From the NCBI GenBank assembly GCA_964016885.1, contig OZ024744.1, positions 129,394,001-129,458,000 on the forward strand: a stretch of DNA of 64,000 bases. The letters are read 5' to 3'. Under the pieces are notes generated by a model. It was given only the letters and a program-made list of their open reading frames with translations. It was not told where the DNA came from and ran no database searches. Made by a program: the position numbers and the translations under genes. Numbering within the stretch: the stretch's first letter is position 1; each line of letters starts with the position of its first letter. The stretch comes from Eledone cirrhosa. Lineage: Eukaryota. Positions 1 through 13,300 of the stretch are shown piece by piece.

Positions 1-815
1 GGGGTTAATTTAAGTTGGGACTAAGTTAAGTTGGGACTAAGTTAAGTTGGGGCTAAGTTAAGTTGGGGTTAAGTTAACTTTGGGTTAAGTTAAGTTGGGT
101 TTGAGTTAAGTTGGGGTTAATTAAGTTGGGGTTAAGTTAAGTTGGGGTTAAGTTAAGTTGGGGTTAAGTTAAGTTGGGGTTAAGTTAAGTTGCGGTTAAG
201 TTAAGTTGATGTTAAGTTAAGTTGGGGTTAAGTTAAGTTGGGGTTAAGTTAAGTTGGGGCTAAGTTAAGTTGGGGCTAAGTTAAGTTGGGGCTAAGTTAA
301 GTTGGGGTTAAGTTAAGGTGGGGTTAAGTTAAGTTGGGGTCAACTTAAGTTGGGGTTAAGTTATGTTGGGGTTAAGTTAAGTTGGGGTTAAGTTAAGTTG
401 GGGTTACATTAAGTTGGGGGTAAGTTAAGTTGGTGGTAAGTTAAGTTGGGGGTAAGTTAAGATGGGGTTAAGTTAAGTTGGGGTTAATTTAATTTGGGGT
501 TAAGTTAAGTTAGGGTTAAGTTAAGTTGGGGTTATGTTAAGTTGGGGTTAAGTTAAGTTGGGGTTAAGTTAAGTTGGGGTTCAATTAAGTTGCGGTTAAT
601 TTAAGTTGGGTTTAAGTTAAGTTGGGGTTAAGTTAAGTTGGGGTTATGTTAAGTTGGTGTTAAGTTAAGTTGGGGATAAGTTAAGTTGGGGTTAAGTTAA
701 GTTGGGGTTAAGTTAGGTTGGTGTTAAGTTAAGTTGGCGGTAAGTTAAGTTGGGTGTAAGTTAAGTTGGTGTTAAGTTATGTTGGGGTTAAGTTAAGTTG
801 GGGTTAAGTTAAGTT

Positions 816-1711
816 GGGTTTAAGTTAAGTTGGGGCTAAGTTAAGTTAGGGCTAAGTTAAGTTGGGGTTAAGTAAAGTTAGGGCTAAGTTAAGTTGGGGT
901 TAACTTAAGTTGGGGTTAATTTAAGTTGGGGTTACATTAAGTTGAGGTTAAGTTAAGTTGGGGTTAAGTTAAGTTGGGTTTAAGTTAAGTTGGGGCTAAG
1001 TTAAGTTAGGGCTAAGTTAAGTTGGGGCTGAGTTAAGTTGGGGTTAAGTTAAGTTGGGGTTGAGTTAAGTTGGGGTTAAGTTAAGTTGGGGTTAAGTTAA
1101 GTTGGGGTTAAGTTAAGTTGGGGCTGAGTTAAGTTGGGGTTACGTTAAGTTGGGGTTAAGGTAAGTTGGGGTTAAGTTAAGTTGGGGTTAAGTTAAGTTG
1201 GTGTTAAGTTAAGTTGGGGCTGACTTAAGTTGGGGCTAAGTTAAGTTGGGTCTAAGTTAAGTTGGGTTTAAGTTAAGTTGGGGCTAAGTTAAGTTAGGGC
1301 TAAGTTAAGTTGGGGTTAAGTAAAGTTAGGGCTAAGTTAAGTTGGGGTTAAGTTAAGTTGGGGTTAATTTAAGTTGGGGTTACATTAAGTTGAGGTTAAG
1401 TTAAGTTGGGGTTAAGTTAAGTTGGGTTTAAGTTAAGTTGGGGCTAAGTTAAGTTAGGGCTAAGTTAAGTTGGGGCTGAGTTAAGTTGGGGTTAAGTTAA
1501 GTTGGGGTTGAGTTAAGTTGGGGTTAAGTTAAGTTGGGGTTAAGTTAAGTTGGGGTTAAGTTAAGTTGGGGCTGAGTTAAGTTGGGATTACGTTAAGTTG
1601 GGGTTAAGGTAAGTTGGGGTTAAGTTAAGTTGGGGTTAAGTTAAGTTGGTGTTAAGTTAAGTTGGGGCTGAGTTAAGTTGGGGCTAAGTTAAGTTGGGTC
1701 TAAGTTAAGTT
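816..1711 (+). repeat. 448-bp (28-monomer) tandem duplication within the 16-mer array
   Basis: Same ordered variant string repeated at +448: GGGTTT at 816/1264 and GTAAAGTTAGGGC at 872/1320. Confidence 0.85.
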
Positions 1712-4399
1712 GGGGTTAAGTTAAGTTGGGGTTAAGTTAAGTTGGTGTTAAATTAAGTTGGGGTTAAGTTAAGTTGGTGTTAAGTTAAGTTGGGGTTAAG
1801 TTAAGTTGGGGTTAATTAAGTTGGGGTTAAGTTAAGTTGGGGTTAAGTTAATTGGGGTTAAATTAAGTTAGGGTTGAGTTAAGTTGGGGTTAAGTTAAGG
1901 TGGGGTTAAGTTAAGTTGGGGTCAACTTAAGTTGGGGTTAAGTTAAGTTGGGGTTAAGTTAAGTTGGGGTTAAGTTAAGTTGGGGTTAAGTTAAGTTGGG
2001 GTTATGTTAAGTTGGGGTTAAGTTAAGTTGGGGTTAAGTTAAGTTGGGGTTCAATTAAGTTGGGGTTAAGTTAAGTTGGGGGTAAGATAAGTTGGGGTTA
2101 GTTAAGTTGGGGTTAAGTTAAGTTGGGGTTAAGTTAAGTTGGGGTTAATTTAATTTGTGGTTAAGTTAAGTTGGGGTTAAAATAAGTTGGGGTTAAGTTA
2201 AGTTGGGGTTAATTTAATTTGTGGTTAAGTTAAGTTGGGGTTAAGTTAAGTTGGGGTTGAGTTAAGCTGGGGTTAAGTTAAGTTGAGGTTAAAGTTAAGT
2301 AGGGGTTAAATTATGTTGGGGTTAAGTTAAGTTGGGGTTAAGTTAAGTTGGGGTTAAGTTAAGTTGGGGATAAGTTAAGTTGGGGATAAGTTAAGTTGGG
2401 GTTAATTAAGTTGGGTTTAAGTTAATTTGGGGTTAAGTTAAGTTGGGGTTAAGTTAAGTTGGGGTTAAGTTAAGTTGGTTAGTTAAGTTGAGTTTAAGTT
2501 AAGTTGGGCTTAATTTAAGTTGGGGTTAAGTTAAGTTGGGGTTAAGTTAAGTTGGGGTTAAGTTAAGTTGGGGTTAAGTTAAGTTGGGGTTCAGTCAAGT
2601 TGGGGTTAAGTTAAGTTGGGGTTAAGTTGGGGTAAAATTAAGTTGGGGTTAAGTTAAGTTGGGGCTAAGTTAAGTTGGGGTTAAGTTAATTTGGGGTTAA
2701 GTTAAGTTGCGGTTAAGTTAAGTTGAGGTTAAGTTAAGTTGGGGTTAAGTTAAGTTGGGGTTAATTTAAGTTGGGGCTAAGTTAAGTTGGGGCTAAGTTA
2801 AGTTGGGGCTAAGTTAAGTTGGGGTTAAGTTAACTTTGGGTTAAGTTAAGTTGGGTTTGAGTTAAGTTGGGGTTAATTAAGTTGGGGTTAAGTTAAGTTG
2901 GGGTTAAGTTAAGTTGGGGTTAAGTTAAGTTGGGGTTAAGTTAAGTTGCGGTTAAGTTAAGTTGATGTTAAGTTAAGTTGGGGTTAAGTTAAGTTGGGGT
3001 TAAGTTAAGTTGGGGCTAAGTTAAGTTGGGGCTAAGTTAAGTTGGGGCTATGTTAAGTTGGGGTTAAGTTAAGGTGGGGTTAAGTTAAGTTGGGGTCAAC
3101 TTAAGTTGGGGTTAAGTTATGTTGGGGTTAAGTTAAGTTGGGGTTAAGTTAAGTTGGGGTTACATTAAGTTGGGGGTAAGTTAAGTTGGTGGTAAGTTAA
3201 GTTGGGGGTAAGTTAAGATGGGGTTAAGTTAAGTTGGGGTTAATTTAATTTGGGGTTAAGTTAAGTTAGGGTTAAGTTAAGTTGGGGTTATGTTAAGTTG
3301 GGGTTAAGTTAAGTTGGGGTTAAGTTAAGTTGGGGTTCAATTAAGTTGCGGTTAATTTAAGTTGGGTTTAAGTTAAGTTGGGGTTAAGTTAAGTTGGGGT
3401 TATGTTAAGTTGGTGTTAAGTTAAGTTGGGGATAAGTTAAGTTGGGGTTAAGTTAAGTTGGGGTTAAGTTAGGTTGGTGTTAAGTTAAGTTGGCGGTAAG
3501 TTAAGTTGGGGGTAAGTTAAGTTGGTGTTAAGTTATGTTGGGGTTAAGTTAAGTTGGGGTTAAGTTAAGTTGGGTTTAAGTTAAGTTGGGGCTAAGTTAA
3601 GTTAGGGCTAAGTTAAGTTGGGGTTAAGTAAAGTTAGGGCTAAGTTAAGTTGGGGTTAAGTTAAGTTGGGGTTAATTTAAGTTGGGGTTACATTAAGTTG
3701 AGGTTAAGTTAAGTTGGGGTTAAGTTAAGTTGGGTTTAAGTTAAGTTGGGGCTAAGTTAAGTTAGGGCTAATTTAAGTTGGGGCTGAGTTAAGTTGGGGT
3801 TAAGTTAAGTTGGGGTTGAGTTAAGTTGGGGTTAAGTTAAGTTGGGGTTAAGTTAAGTTGGGGTTAAGTTAAGTTGGGGCTGAGTTAAGTTGGGGTTACG
3901 TTAAGTTGGGGTTAAGGTAAGTTGGGGTTAAGTTAAGTTGGGGTTAAGTTAAGTTGGTGTTAAGTTAAGTTGGGGCTGACTTAAGTTGGGGCTAAGTTAA
4001 GTTGGGTCTAAGTTAAGTTGGGGTTAAGTTAAGTTGGGGTTAAGTTAAGTTGGTGTTAAATTAAGTTGGGGTTAAGTTAAGTTGGTGTTAAGTTAAGTTG
4101 GGGTTAAGTTAAGTTGGGGTTAATTAAGTTGGGGTTAAGTTAAGTTGGGGTTAAGTTAATTGGGGTTAAATTAAGTTAGGGTTGAGTTAAGTTGGGGTTA
4201 AGTTAAGTTGGGGTTATATTAAGTTGGGGTTAAGTTAAGTTGGGGTTAAGTAAAGTTGGGGTTCAGTTAAGTTGCGGTTAAGTTAAGTTGGGGTTAAGTT
4301 AAGTTAGGCTTAACTTAAGTTGGGGTTAAGTTAAGTTGGGGGAGAGTTAAGTTGGGGGTAAGTTAAGTTGGGGTTAAGTTAAGTTGGGGTTAAGTTGGG

Positions 4400-7300
4400 G
4401 TTAAGTTAAGTTGGGGTTAAGTTAAGTTGCGGTTAAGTTAAGTTGATGTTAAGTTAAGTTGGGGTTAAGTTAAGTTGGGGTTAAGTTAAGTTGGGGCTAA
4501 GTTAAGTTGGGGCTAAGTTAAGTTGGGGCTAAGTTAAGTTGGGGTTAAGTTAAGGTGGGGTTAAGTTAAGTTGGGGTCAACTTAAGTTGGGGTTAAGTTA
4601 TGTTGGGGTTAAGTTAAGTTGGGGTTAAGTTAAGTTGGGGTTACATTAAGTTGGGGGTAAGTTAAGTTGGTGGTGAGTTAAGTTGGGGGTAAGTTAAGAT
4701 GGGGTTAAGTTAAGTTGGGGTTAATTTAATTTGGGGTTAAGTTAAGTTAGGGTTAAGTTAAGTTGGGGTTATGTTAAGTTGGGGTTAAGTTAAGTTGGGG
4801 TTAAGTTAAGTTGGGGTTCAATTAAGTTGCGGTTAATTTAAGTTGGGTTTAAGTTAAGTTGGGGTTAAGTTAAGTTGGGGTTATGTTAAGTTGGTGTTAA
4901 GTTAAGTTGGGGATAAGTTAAGTTGGGGTTAAGTTAAGTTGGGGTTAAGTTAGGTTGGTGTTAAGTTAAGTTGGCGGTAAGTTAAGTTGGGGGTAAGTTA
5001 AGTTGGTGTTAAGTTATGTTGGGGTTAAGTTAAGTTGGGGTTAAGTTAAGTTGGGTTTAAGTTAAGTTGGGGCTAAGTTAAGTTAGGGCTAAGTTAAGTT
5101 GGGGTTAAGTAAAGTTAGGGCTAAGTTAAGTTGGGGTTAAGTTAAGTTGGGGTTAATTTAAGTTGGGGTTACATTAAGTTGAGGTTAAGTTAAGTTGGGG
5201 TTAAGTTAAGTTGGGTTTAAGTTAAGTTGGGGCTAAGTTAAGTTAGGGCTAAGTTAAGTTGGGGCTGAGTTAAGTTGGGGTTAATTTAAGTTGGGTTTAA
5301 CTTAAGTTGGGGTTAAGTTAAGTTGGGGTTATGTTAAGTTGGTGTTAAGTTAAGTTGGGGTTAAGTTAAGTTGGGGTTAAGTTAAGTTGGGGTTAAGTTA
5401 GGTTGGTGTTAAGTTAAGTTGGCGGTAAGTTAAGTTGGGGGTAAGTTAAGTTGGTGTTAAGTTATGTTGGGGTTAAGTTAAGTTGGGGTTAAGTTAAGTT
5501 GGGTTTAAGTTAAGTTGTGGCTAAATTAAGTTAGGGCTAAGTTAAGTTGGGGTTAAGTAAAGTTAGGGCTAAGTTAAGTTGGGGTTAAGTTAAGTTGGGG
5601 TTAATTTAAGTTGGGGTTACATTAAGTTGAGGTTAAGTTAAGTTGGGGTTAAGTTAAGTTGGGTTTAAGTTAAGTTGGGGCTAAGTTAAGTTAGGGCTAA
5701 GTTAAGTTGGGGCTGAGTTAAGTTGGGGTTAAGTTAAGTTAGGGTTGAGTTAAGTTGGGGTTAAGTTAAGTTGGGGTTAAGTTAAGTTGGGGTTAAGTTA
5801 AGTTGGGGCTGAGTTAAGTTGGGATTACGTTAAGTTGGGGTTAAGGTAAGTTGGGGTTAAGTTAAGTTCGGGTTAAGTTAAGTTGGTGTTAAGTTAAGTT
5901 GGGGCTGAGTTAAGTTGGGGCTAAGTTAAGTTGGGTCTAAGTTAAGTTGGGGTTAAGTTAAGTTGGGGTTAAGTTAAGTTGGTGTTAAATTAAGTTGGGG
6001 TTAAGTTAAGTTGGTGTTAAGTTAAGTTGGGGTTAAGTTAAGTTGGGGTTAATTAAGTTGGGGTTAAGTTAAGTTGGGGTTAAGTTAATTGGGGTTAAAT
6101 TAAGTTAGGGTTGAGTTAAGTTGGGGTTAAGTTAAGGTGGGATTAAGTTAAGTTGGGGTCAACTTAAGTTGGGGTTAAGTTAAGTTGGGGTTAAGTTAAG
6201 TTGGGGTTAAGTTAAGTTGGGGTTAAGTTAAGTTGGGGTTACGTTAAGTTGGGGGTAAGTTAAGTTGGTGGTAAGTTAAGATGGGGTTAAGTTAAGTTGG
6301 GGTTAATTTAATTTGGGGTTAAGTTAAGTTAGGGTTAAGTTAAGTTGGGGTTATGTTAAGTTGGGGTTAAGTTAAGTTGGGGTTAAGTTAAGTTGGGGTT
6401 CAATTAAGTTGGGGTTAAGTTAAGTTGGGGGTAAGATAAGTTGGGGTTAGTTAAGTTGGGGTTAAGTTAAGTTGGGGTTAATTTAAGTTGGGGTTAATTT
6501 AATTTGTGGTTAAGTTAAGTTGGGGTTAAGTTAAGTTGGGGTTGAGTTAAGCTGGGGTTAAGTTAAGTTGGGGTTAAAATAAGTTGGGGTTAAGTTAAGT
6601 TGGGGTTAATTTAATTTGTGGTTAAGTTAAGTTGGGGTTAAGTTAAGTTGGGGTTGAGTTAAGCTGGGGTTAAGTTAAGTTGAGGTTAAAGTTAAGTAGG
6701 GGTTAAATTATGTTGGGGTTAAGTTAAGTTGGGGTTAAGTTAAGTTGGGGTTAAGTTAAGTTGGGGATAAGTTAAGTTGGGGATAAGTTAAGTTGGGGTT
6801 AATTAAGTTGGGTTTAAGTTAAGTTGGGGTTAAGTTAAGTTGGGGTTAAGTTAAGTTGGTTAGTTAAGTTGAGTTTAAGTTAAGTTGGGCTTAATTTAAG
6901 TTGGGGTTAAGTTAAGTTGGGGTTAAGTTAAGTTGGGGTTAAGTTAAGTTGGGGTTAAGTTAAGTTGGGGTTCAGTCAAGTTGGGGTTAAGTTAAGTTGG
7001 GGTTAAGTTGGGGTAAAATTAAGTTGGGGTTAAGTTAAGTTGGGGTTAAGTTAAGTTGGGGTTAAGTTAAGTTGCGGTTAAGTTAAGTTGAGGTTAAGTT
7101 AAGTTGGGGTTAAGTTAAGTTGGGGTTAATTTAAGTTGGGGCTAAGTTAAGTTGGGGCTAAGTTAAGTTGGGGCTAAGTTAAGTTGGGGTTAAGTTAACT
7201 TTGGGTTAAGTTAAGTTGGGTTTGAGTTAAGTTGGGGTTAATTAAGTTGGGGTTAAGTTAAGTTGGGGTCAAGTTAAGTTGGGGTTAAGTTAAGTTGGGG

Positions 7301-10300
7301 TTAAGTTAAGTTGCGGTTAAGTTAAGTTGATGTTAAGTTAAGTTGGGGTTAAGTTAAGTTGGGGTTAAGTTAAGTTGGGGTTAAGTTAAGTTGCGGTTAA
7401 GTTAAGTTGATGTTAAGTTAAGTTGGGGTTAAGTTAAGTTGGGGTTAAGTTAAGTTGGGGCTAAGTTAAGTTGGGGCTAAGTTAAGTTGGGGCTAAGTTA
7501 AGTTGGGGTTAAGTTAAGGTGGGGTTAAGTTAAGTTGGGGTCAACTTAAGTTGGGGTTAAGTTATGTTGGGGTTAAGTTAAGTTGGGGTTAAGTTAAGTT
7601 GGGGTTACATTAAGTTGGGGGTAAGTTAAGTTGGTGGTGAGTTAAGTTGGGGGTAAGTTAAGATGGGGTTAAGTTAAGTTGGGGTTAATTTAATTTGGGG
7701 TTAAGTTAAGTTAGGGTTAAGTTAAGTTGGGGTTATGTTAAGTTGGGGTTAAGTTAAGTTGGGGTTAAGTTAAGTTGGGGTTCAATTAAGTTGCGGTTAA
7801 TTTAAGTTGGGTTTAAGTTAAGTTGGGGTTAAGTTAAGTTGGGGTTATGTTAAGTTGGTGTTAAGTTAAGTTGGGGATAAGTTAAGTTGGGGTTAAGTTA
7901 AGTTGGGGTTAAGTTAGGTTGGTGTTAAGTTAAGTTGGCGGTAAGTTAAGTTGGGGGTAAGTTAAGTTGGTGTTAAGTTATGTTGGGGTTAAGTTAAGTT
8001 GGGGTTAAGTTAAGTTGGGTTTAAGTTAAGTTGGGGCTAAGTTAAGTTAGGGCTAAGTTAAGTTGGGGTTAAGTAAAGTTAGGGCTAAGTTAAGTTGGGG
8101 TTAAGTTAAGTTGGGGTTAATTTAAGTTGGGGTTACATTAAGTTGAGGTTAAGTTAAGTTGGGGTTAAGTTAAGTTGGGTTTAAGTTAAGTTGGGGCTAA
8201 GTTAAGTTAGGGCTAAGTTAAGTTGGGGCTGAGTTAAGTTGGGGTTAATTTAAGTTGGGTTTAACTTAAGTTGGGGTTAAGTTAAGTTGGGGTTATGTTA
8301 AGTTGGTGTTAAGTTAAGTTGGGGTTAAGTTAAGTTGGGGTTAAGTTAAGTTGGGGTTAAGTTAGGTTGGTGTTAAGTTAAGTTGGCGGTAAGTTAAGTT
8401 GGGGGTAAGTTAAGTTGGTGTTAAGTTATGTTGGGGTTAAGTTAAGTTGGGGTTAAGTTAAGTTGGGTTTAAGTTAAGTTGGGGCTAAGTTAAGTTAGGG
8501 CTAAGTTAAGTTGGGGTTAAGTAAAGTTAGGGCTAAGTTAAGTTGGGGTTAAGTTAAGTTGGGGTTAATTTAAGTTGGGGTTACATTAAGTTGAGGTTAA
8601 GTTAAGTTGGGGTTAAGTTAAGTTGGGTTTAAGTTAAGTTGGGGCTAAGTTAAGTTAGGGCTAAGTTAAGTTGGGGCTGAGTTAAGTTGGGGTTAAGTTA
8701 AGTTGGGGTTGAGTTAAGTTGGGGTTAAGTTAAGTTGGGGTTAAGTTAAGTTGGGGTTAAGTTAAGTTGGGGCTGAGTTAAGTTGGGATTACGTTAAGTT
8801 GGGGTTAAGGTAAGTTGGGGTTAAGTTAAGTTCGGGTTAAGTTAAGTTGGTGTTAAGTTAAGTTGGGGCTGAGTTAAGTTGGGGCTAAGTTAAGTTGGGT
8901 CTAAGTTAAGTTGGGGTTAAGTTAAGTTGGGGTTAAGTTAAGTTGGTGTTAAATTAAGTTGGGGTTAAGTTAAGTTGGTGTTAAGTTAAGTTGGGGTTAA
9001 GTTAAGTTGGGGTTAATTAAGTTGGGGTTAAGTTAAGTTGGGGTTAAGTTAATTGGGGTTAAATTAAGTTAGGGTTGAGTTAAGTTGGGGTTAAGTTAAG
9101 GTGGGATTAAGTTAAGTTGGGGTCAACTTAAGTTGGGGTTAAGTTAAGTTGGGGTTAAGTTAAGTTGGGGTTAAGTTAAGTTGGGGTTAAGTTAAGTTGG
9201 GGTTACGTTAAGTTGGGGGTAAGTTAAGTTGGTGGTAAGTTAAGATGGGGTTAAGTTAAGTTGGGGTTAATTTAATTTGGGGTTAAGTTAAGTTAGGGTT
9301 AAGTTAAGTTGGGGTTATGTTAAGTTGGGGTTAAGTTAAGTTGGGGTTAAGTTAAGTTGGGGTTCAATTAAGTTGGGGTTAAGTTAAGTTGGGGGTAAGA
9401 TAAGTTGGGGTTAGTTAAGTTGGGGTTAAGTTAAGTTGGGGTTAATTTAAGTTGGGGTTAATTTAATTTGTGGTTAAGTTAAGTTGGGGTTAAGTTAAGT
9501 TGGGGTTGAGTTAAGCTGGGGTTAAGTTAAGTTGGGGTTAAAATAAGTTGGGGTTAAGTTAAGTTGGGGTTAATTTAATTTGTGGTTAAGTTAAGTTGGG
9601 GTTAAGTTAAGTTGGGGTTGAGTTAAGCTGGGGTTAAGTTAAGTTGAGGTTAAAGTTAAGTAGGGGTTAAATTATGTTGGGGTTAAGTTAAGTTGGGGTT
9701 AAGTTAAGTTGGGGTTAAGTTAAGTTGGGGATAAGTTAAGTTGGGGATAAGTTAAGTTGGGGTTAATTAAGTTGGGTTTAAGTTAAGTTGGGGTTAAGTT
9801 AAGTTGGGGTTAAGTTAAGTTGGGGTTAAGTTAAGTTGGTTAGTTAAGTTGAGTTTAAGTTAAGTTGGGCTTAATTTAAGTTGGGGTTAAGTTAAGTTGG
9901 GGTTAAGTTAAGTTGGGGTTAAGTTAAGTTGGGGTTAAGTTAAGTTGGGGTTCAGTCAAGTTGGGGTTAAGTTAAGTTGGGGTTAAGTTGGGGTAAAATT
10001 AAGTTGGGGTTAAGTTAAGTTGGGGTTAAGTTAAGTTGGGGTTACGTTAAGTTGGGGGTAAGTTAAGTTGGTGGTAAGTTAAGATGGGGTTAAGTTAAGT
10101 TGGGGTTAATTTAATTTGGGGTTAAGTTAAGTTAGGGTTAAGTTAAGTTGGGGTTATGTTAAGTTGGGGTTAAGTTAAGTTGGGGTTAAGTTAAGTTGGG
10201 GTTCAATTAAGTTGGGGTTAAGTTAAGTTGGGGGTAAGATAAGTTGGGGTTAGTTAAGTTGGGGTTAAGTTAAGTTGGGGTTAATTTAAGTTGGGGTTAA

Positions 10301-13300
10301 TTTAATTTGTGGTTAAGTTAAGTTGGGGTTAAGTTAAGTTGGGGTTGAGTTAAGCTGGGGTTAAGTTAAGTTGGGGTTAAAATAAGTTGGGGTTAAGTTA
10401 AGTTGGGGTTAATTTAATTTGTGGTTAAGTTAAGTTGGGGTTAAGTTAAGTTGGGGTTGAGTTAAGCTGGGGTTAAGTTAAGTTGAGGTTAAAGTTAAGT
10501 AGGGGTTAAATTATGTTGGGGTTAAGTTAAGTTGGGGTTAAGTTAAGTTGGGGTTAAGTTAAGTTGGGGATAAGTTAAGTTGGGGATAAGTTAAGTTGGG
10601 GTTAATTAAGTTGGGTTTAAGTTAAGTTGGGGTTAAGTTAAGTTGGGGTTAAGTTAAGTTGGTTAGTTAAGTTGAGTTTAAGTTAAGTTGGGCTTAATTT
10701 AAGTTGGGGTTAAGTTAAGTTGGGGTTAAGTTAAGTTGGGGTTAAGTTAAGTTGGGGTTAAGTTAAGTTGGGGTTCAGTCAAGTTGGGGTTAAGTTAAGT
10801 TGGGGTTAAGTTGGGGTAAAATTAAGTTGGGGTTAAGTTAAGTTGGGGTTAAGTTAAGTTGGGGTTAAGTTAAGTTGCGGTTAAGTTAAGTTGAGGTTAA
10901 GTTAAGTTGGGGTTAAGTTAAGTTGGGGTTAATTTAAGTTGGGGCTAAGTTAAGTTGGGGCTAAGTTAAGTTGGGGCTAAGTTAAGTTGGGGTTAAGTTA
11001 ACTTTGGGTTAAGTTAAGTTGGGTTTGAGTTAAGTTGGGGTTAATTAAGTTGGGGTTAAGTTAAGTTGGGGTCAAGTTAAGTTGGGGTTAAGTTAAGTTG
11101 GGGTTAAGTTAAGTTGCGGTTAAGTTAAGTTGATGTTAAGTTAAGTTGGGGTTAAGTTAAGTTGGGGTTAAGTTAAGTTGGGGTTAAGTTAAGTTGCGGT
11201 TAAGTTAAGTTGATGTTAAGTTAAGTTGGGGTTAAGTTAAGTTGGGGTTAAGTTAAGTTGGGGCTAAGTTAAGTTGGGGCTAAGTTAAGTTGGGGCTAAG
11301 TTAAGTTGGGGTTAAGTTAAGGTGGGGTTAAGTTAAGTTGGGGTCAACTTAAGTTGGGGTTAAGTTATGTTGGGGTTAAGTTAAGTTGGGGTTAAGTTAA
11401 GTTGGGGTTACATTAAGTTGGGGGTAAGTTAAGTTGGTGGTGAGTTAAGTTGGGGGTAAGTTAAGATGGGGTTAAGTTAAGTTGGGGTTAATTTAATTTG
11501 GGGTTAAGTTAAGTTAGGGTTAAGTTAAGTTGGGGTTATGTTAAGTTGGGGTTAAGTTAAGTTGGGGTTAAGTTAAGTTGGGGTTCAATTAAGTTGCGGT
11601 TAATTTAAGTTGGGTTTAAGTTAAGTTGGGGTTAAGTTAAGTTGGGGTTATGTTAAGTTGGTGTTAAGTTAAGTTGGGGATAAGTTAAGTTGGGGTTAAG
11701 TTAAGTTGGGGTTAAGTTAGGTTGGTGTTAAGTTAAGTTGGCGGTAAGTTAAGTTGGGGGTAAGTTAAGTTGGTGTTAAGTTATGTTGGGGTTAAGTTAA
11801 GTTGGGGTTAAGTTAAGTTGGGTTTAAGTTAAGTTGGGGCTAAGTTAAGTTAGGGCTAAGTTAAGTTGGGGTTAAGTAAAGTTAGGGCTAAGTTAAGTTG
11901 GGGTTAAGTTAAGTTGGGGTTAATTTAAGTTGGGGTTACATTAAGTTGAGGTTAAGTTAAGTTGGGGTTAAGTTAAGTTGGGTTTAAGTTAAGTTGGGGC
12001 TAAGTTAAGTTAGGGCTAAGTTAAGTTGGGGCTGAGTTAAGTTGGGGTTAATTTAAGTTGGGTTTAACTTAAGTTGGGGTTAAGTTAAGTTGGGGTTATG
12101 TTAAGTTGGTGTTAAGTTAAGTTGGGGTTAAGTTAAGTTGGGGTTAAGTTAAGTTGGGGTTAAGTTAGGTTGGTGTTAAGTTAAGTTGGCGGTAAGTTAA
12201 GTTGGGGGTAAGTTAAGTTGGTGTTAAGTTATGTTGGGGTTAAGTTAAGTTGGGGTTAAGTTAAGTTGGGTTTAAGTTAAGTTGGGGCTAAGTTAAGTTA
12301 GGGCTAAGTTAAGTTGGGGTTAAGTAAAGTTAGGGCTAAGTTAAGTTGGGGTTAAGTTAAGTTGGGGTTAATTTAAGTTGGGGTTACATTAAGTTGAGGT
12401 TAAGTTAAGTTGGGGTTAAGTTAAGTTGGGTTTAAGTTAAGTTGGGGCTAAGTTAAGTTAGGGCTAAGTTAAGTTGGGGCTGAGTTAAGTTGGGGTTAAG
12501 TTAAGTTGGGGTTGAGTTAAGTTGGGGTTAAGTTAAGTTGGGGTTAAGTTAAGTTGGGGTTAAGTTAAGTTGGGGCTGAGTTAAGTTGGGATTACGTTAA
12601 GTTGGGGTTAAGGTAAGTTGGGGTTAAGTTAAGTTCGGGTTAAGTTAAGTTGGTGTTAAGTTAAGTTGGGGCTGAGTTAAGTTGGGGCTAAGTTAAGTTG
12701 GGTCTAAGTTAAGTTGGGGTTAAGTTAAGTTGGGGTTAAGTTAAGTTGGTGTTAAATTAAGTTGGGGTTAAGTTAAGTTGGTGTTAAGTTAAGTTGGGGT
12801 TAAGTTAAGTTGGGGTTAATTAAGTTGGGGTTAAGTTAAGTTGGGGTTAAGTTAATTGGGGTTAAATTAAGTTAGGGTTGAGTTAAGTTGGGGTTAAGTT
12901 AAGGTGGGATTAAGTTAAGTTGGGGTCAACTTAAGTTGGGGTTAAGTTAAGTTGGGGTTAAGTTAAGTTGGGGTTAAGTTAAGTTGGGGTTAAGTTAAGT
13001 TGGGGTTACGTTAAGTTGGGGGTAAGTTAAGTTGGTGGTAAGTTAAGATGGGGTTAAGTTAAGTTGGGGTTAATTTAATTTGGGGTTAAGTTAAGTTAGG
13101 GTTAAGTTAAGTTGGGGTTATGTTAAGTTGGGGTTAAGTTAAGTTGGGGTTAAGTTAAGTTGGGGTTCAATTAAGTTGGGGTTAAGTTAAGTTGGGGGTA
13201 AGATAATTGGGGTTAGTTAAGTTGGGGTTAAGTTAAGTTGGGGTTAATTTAAGTTGGGGTTAATTTAATTTGTGGTTAAGTTAAGTTGGGGTTAAGTTAA

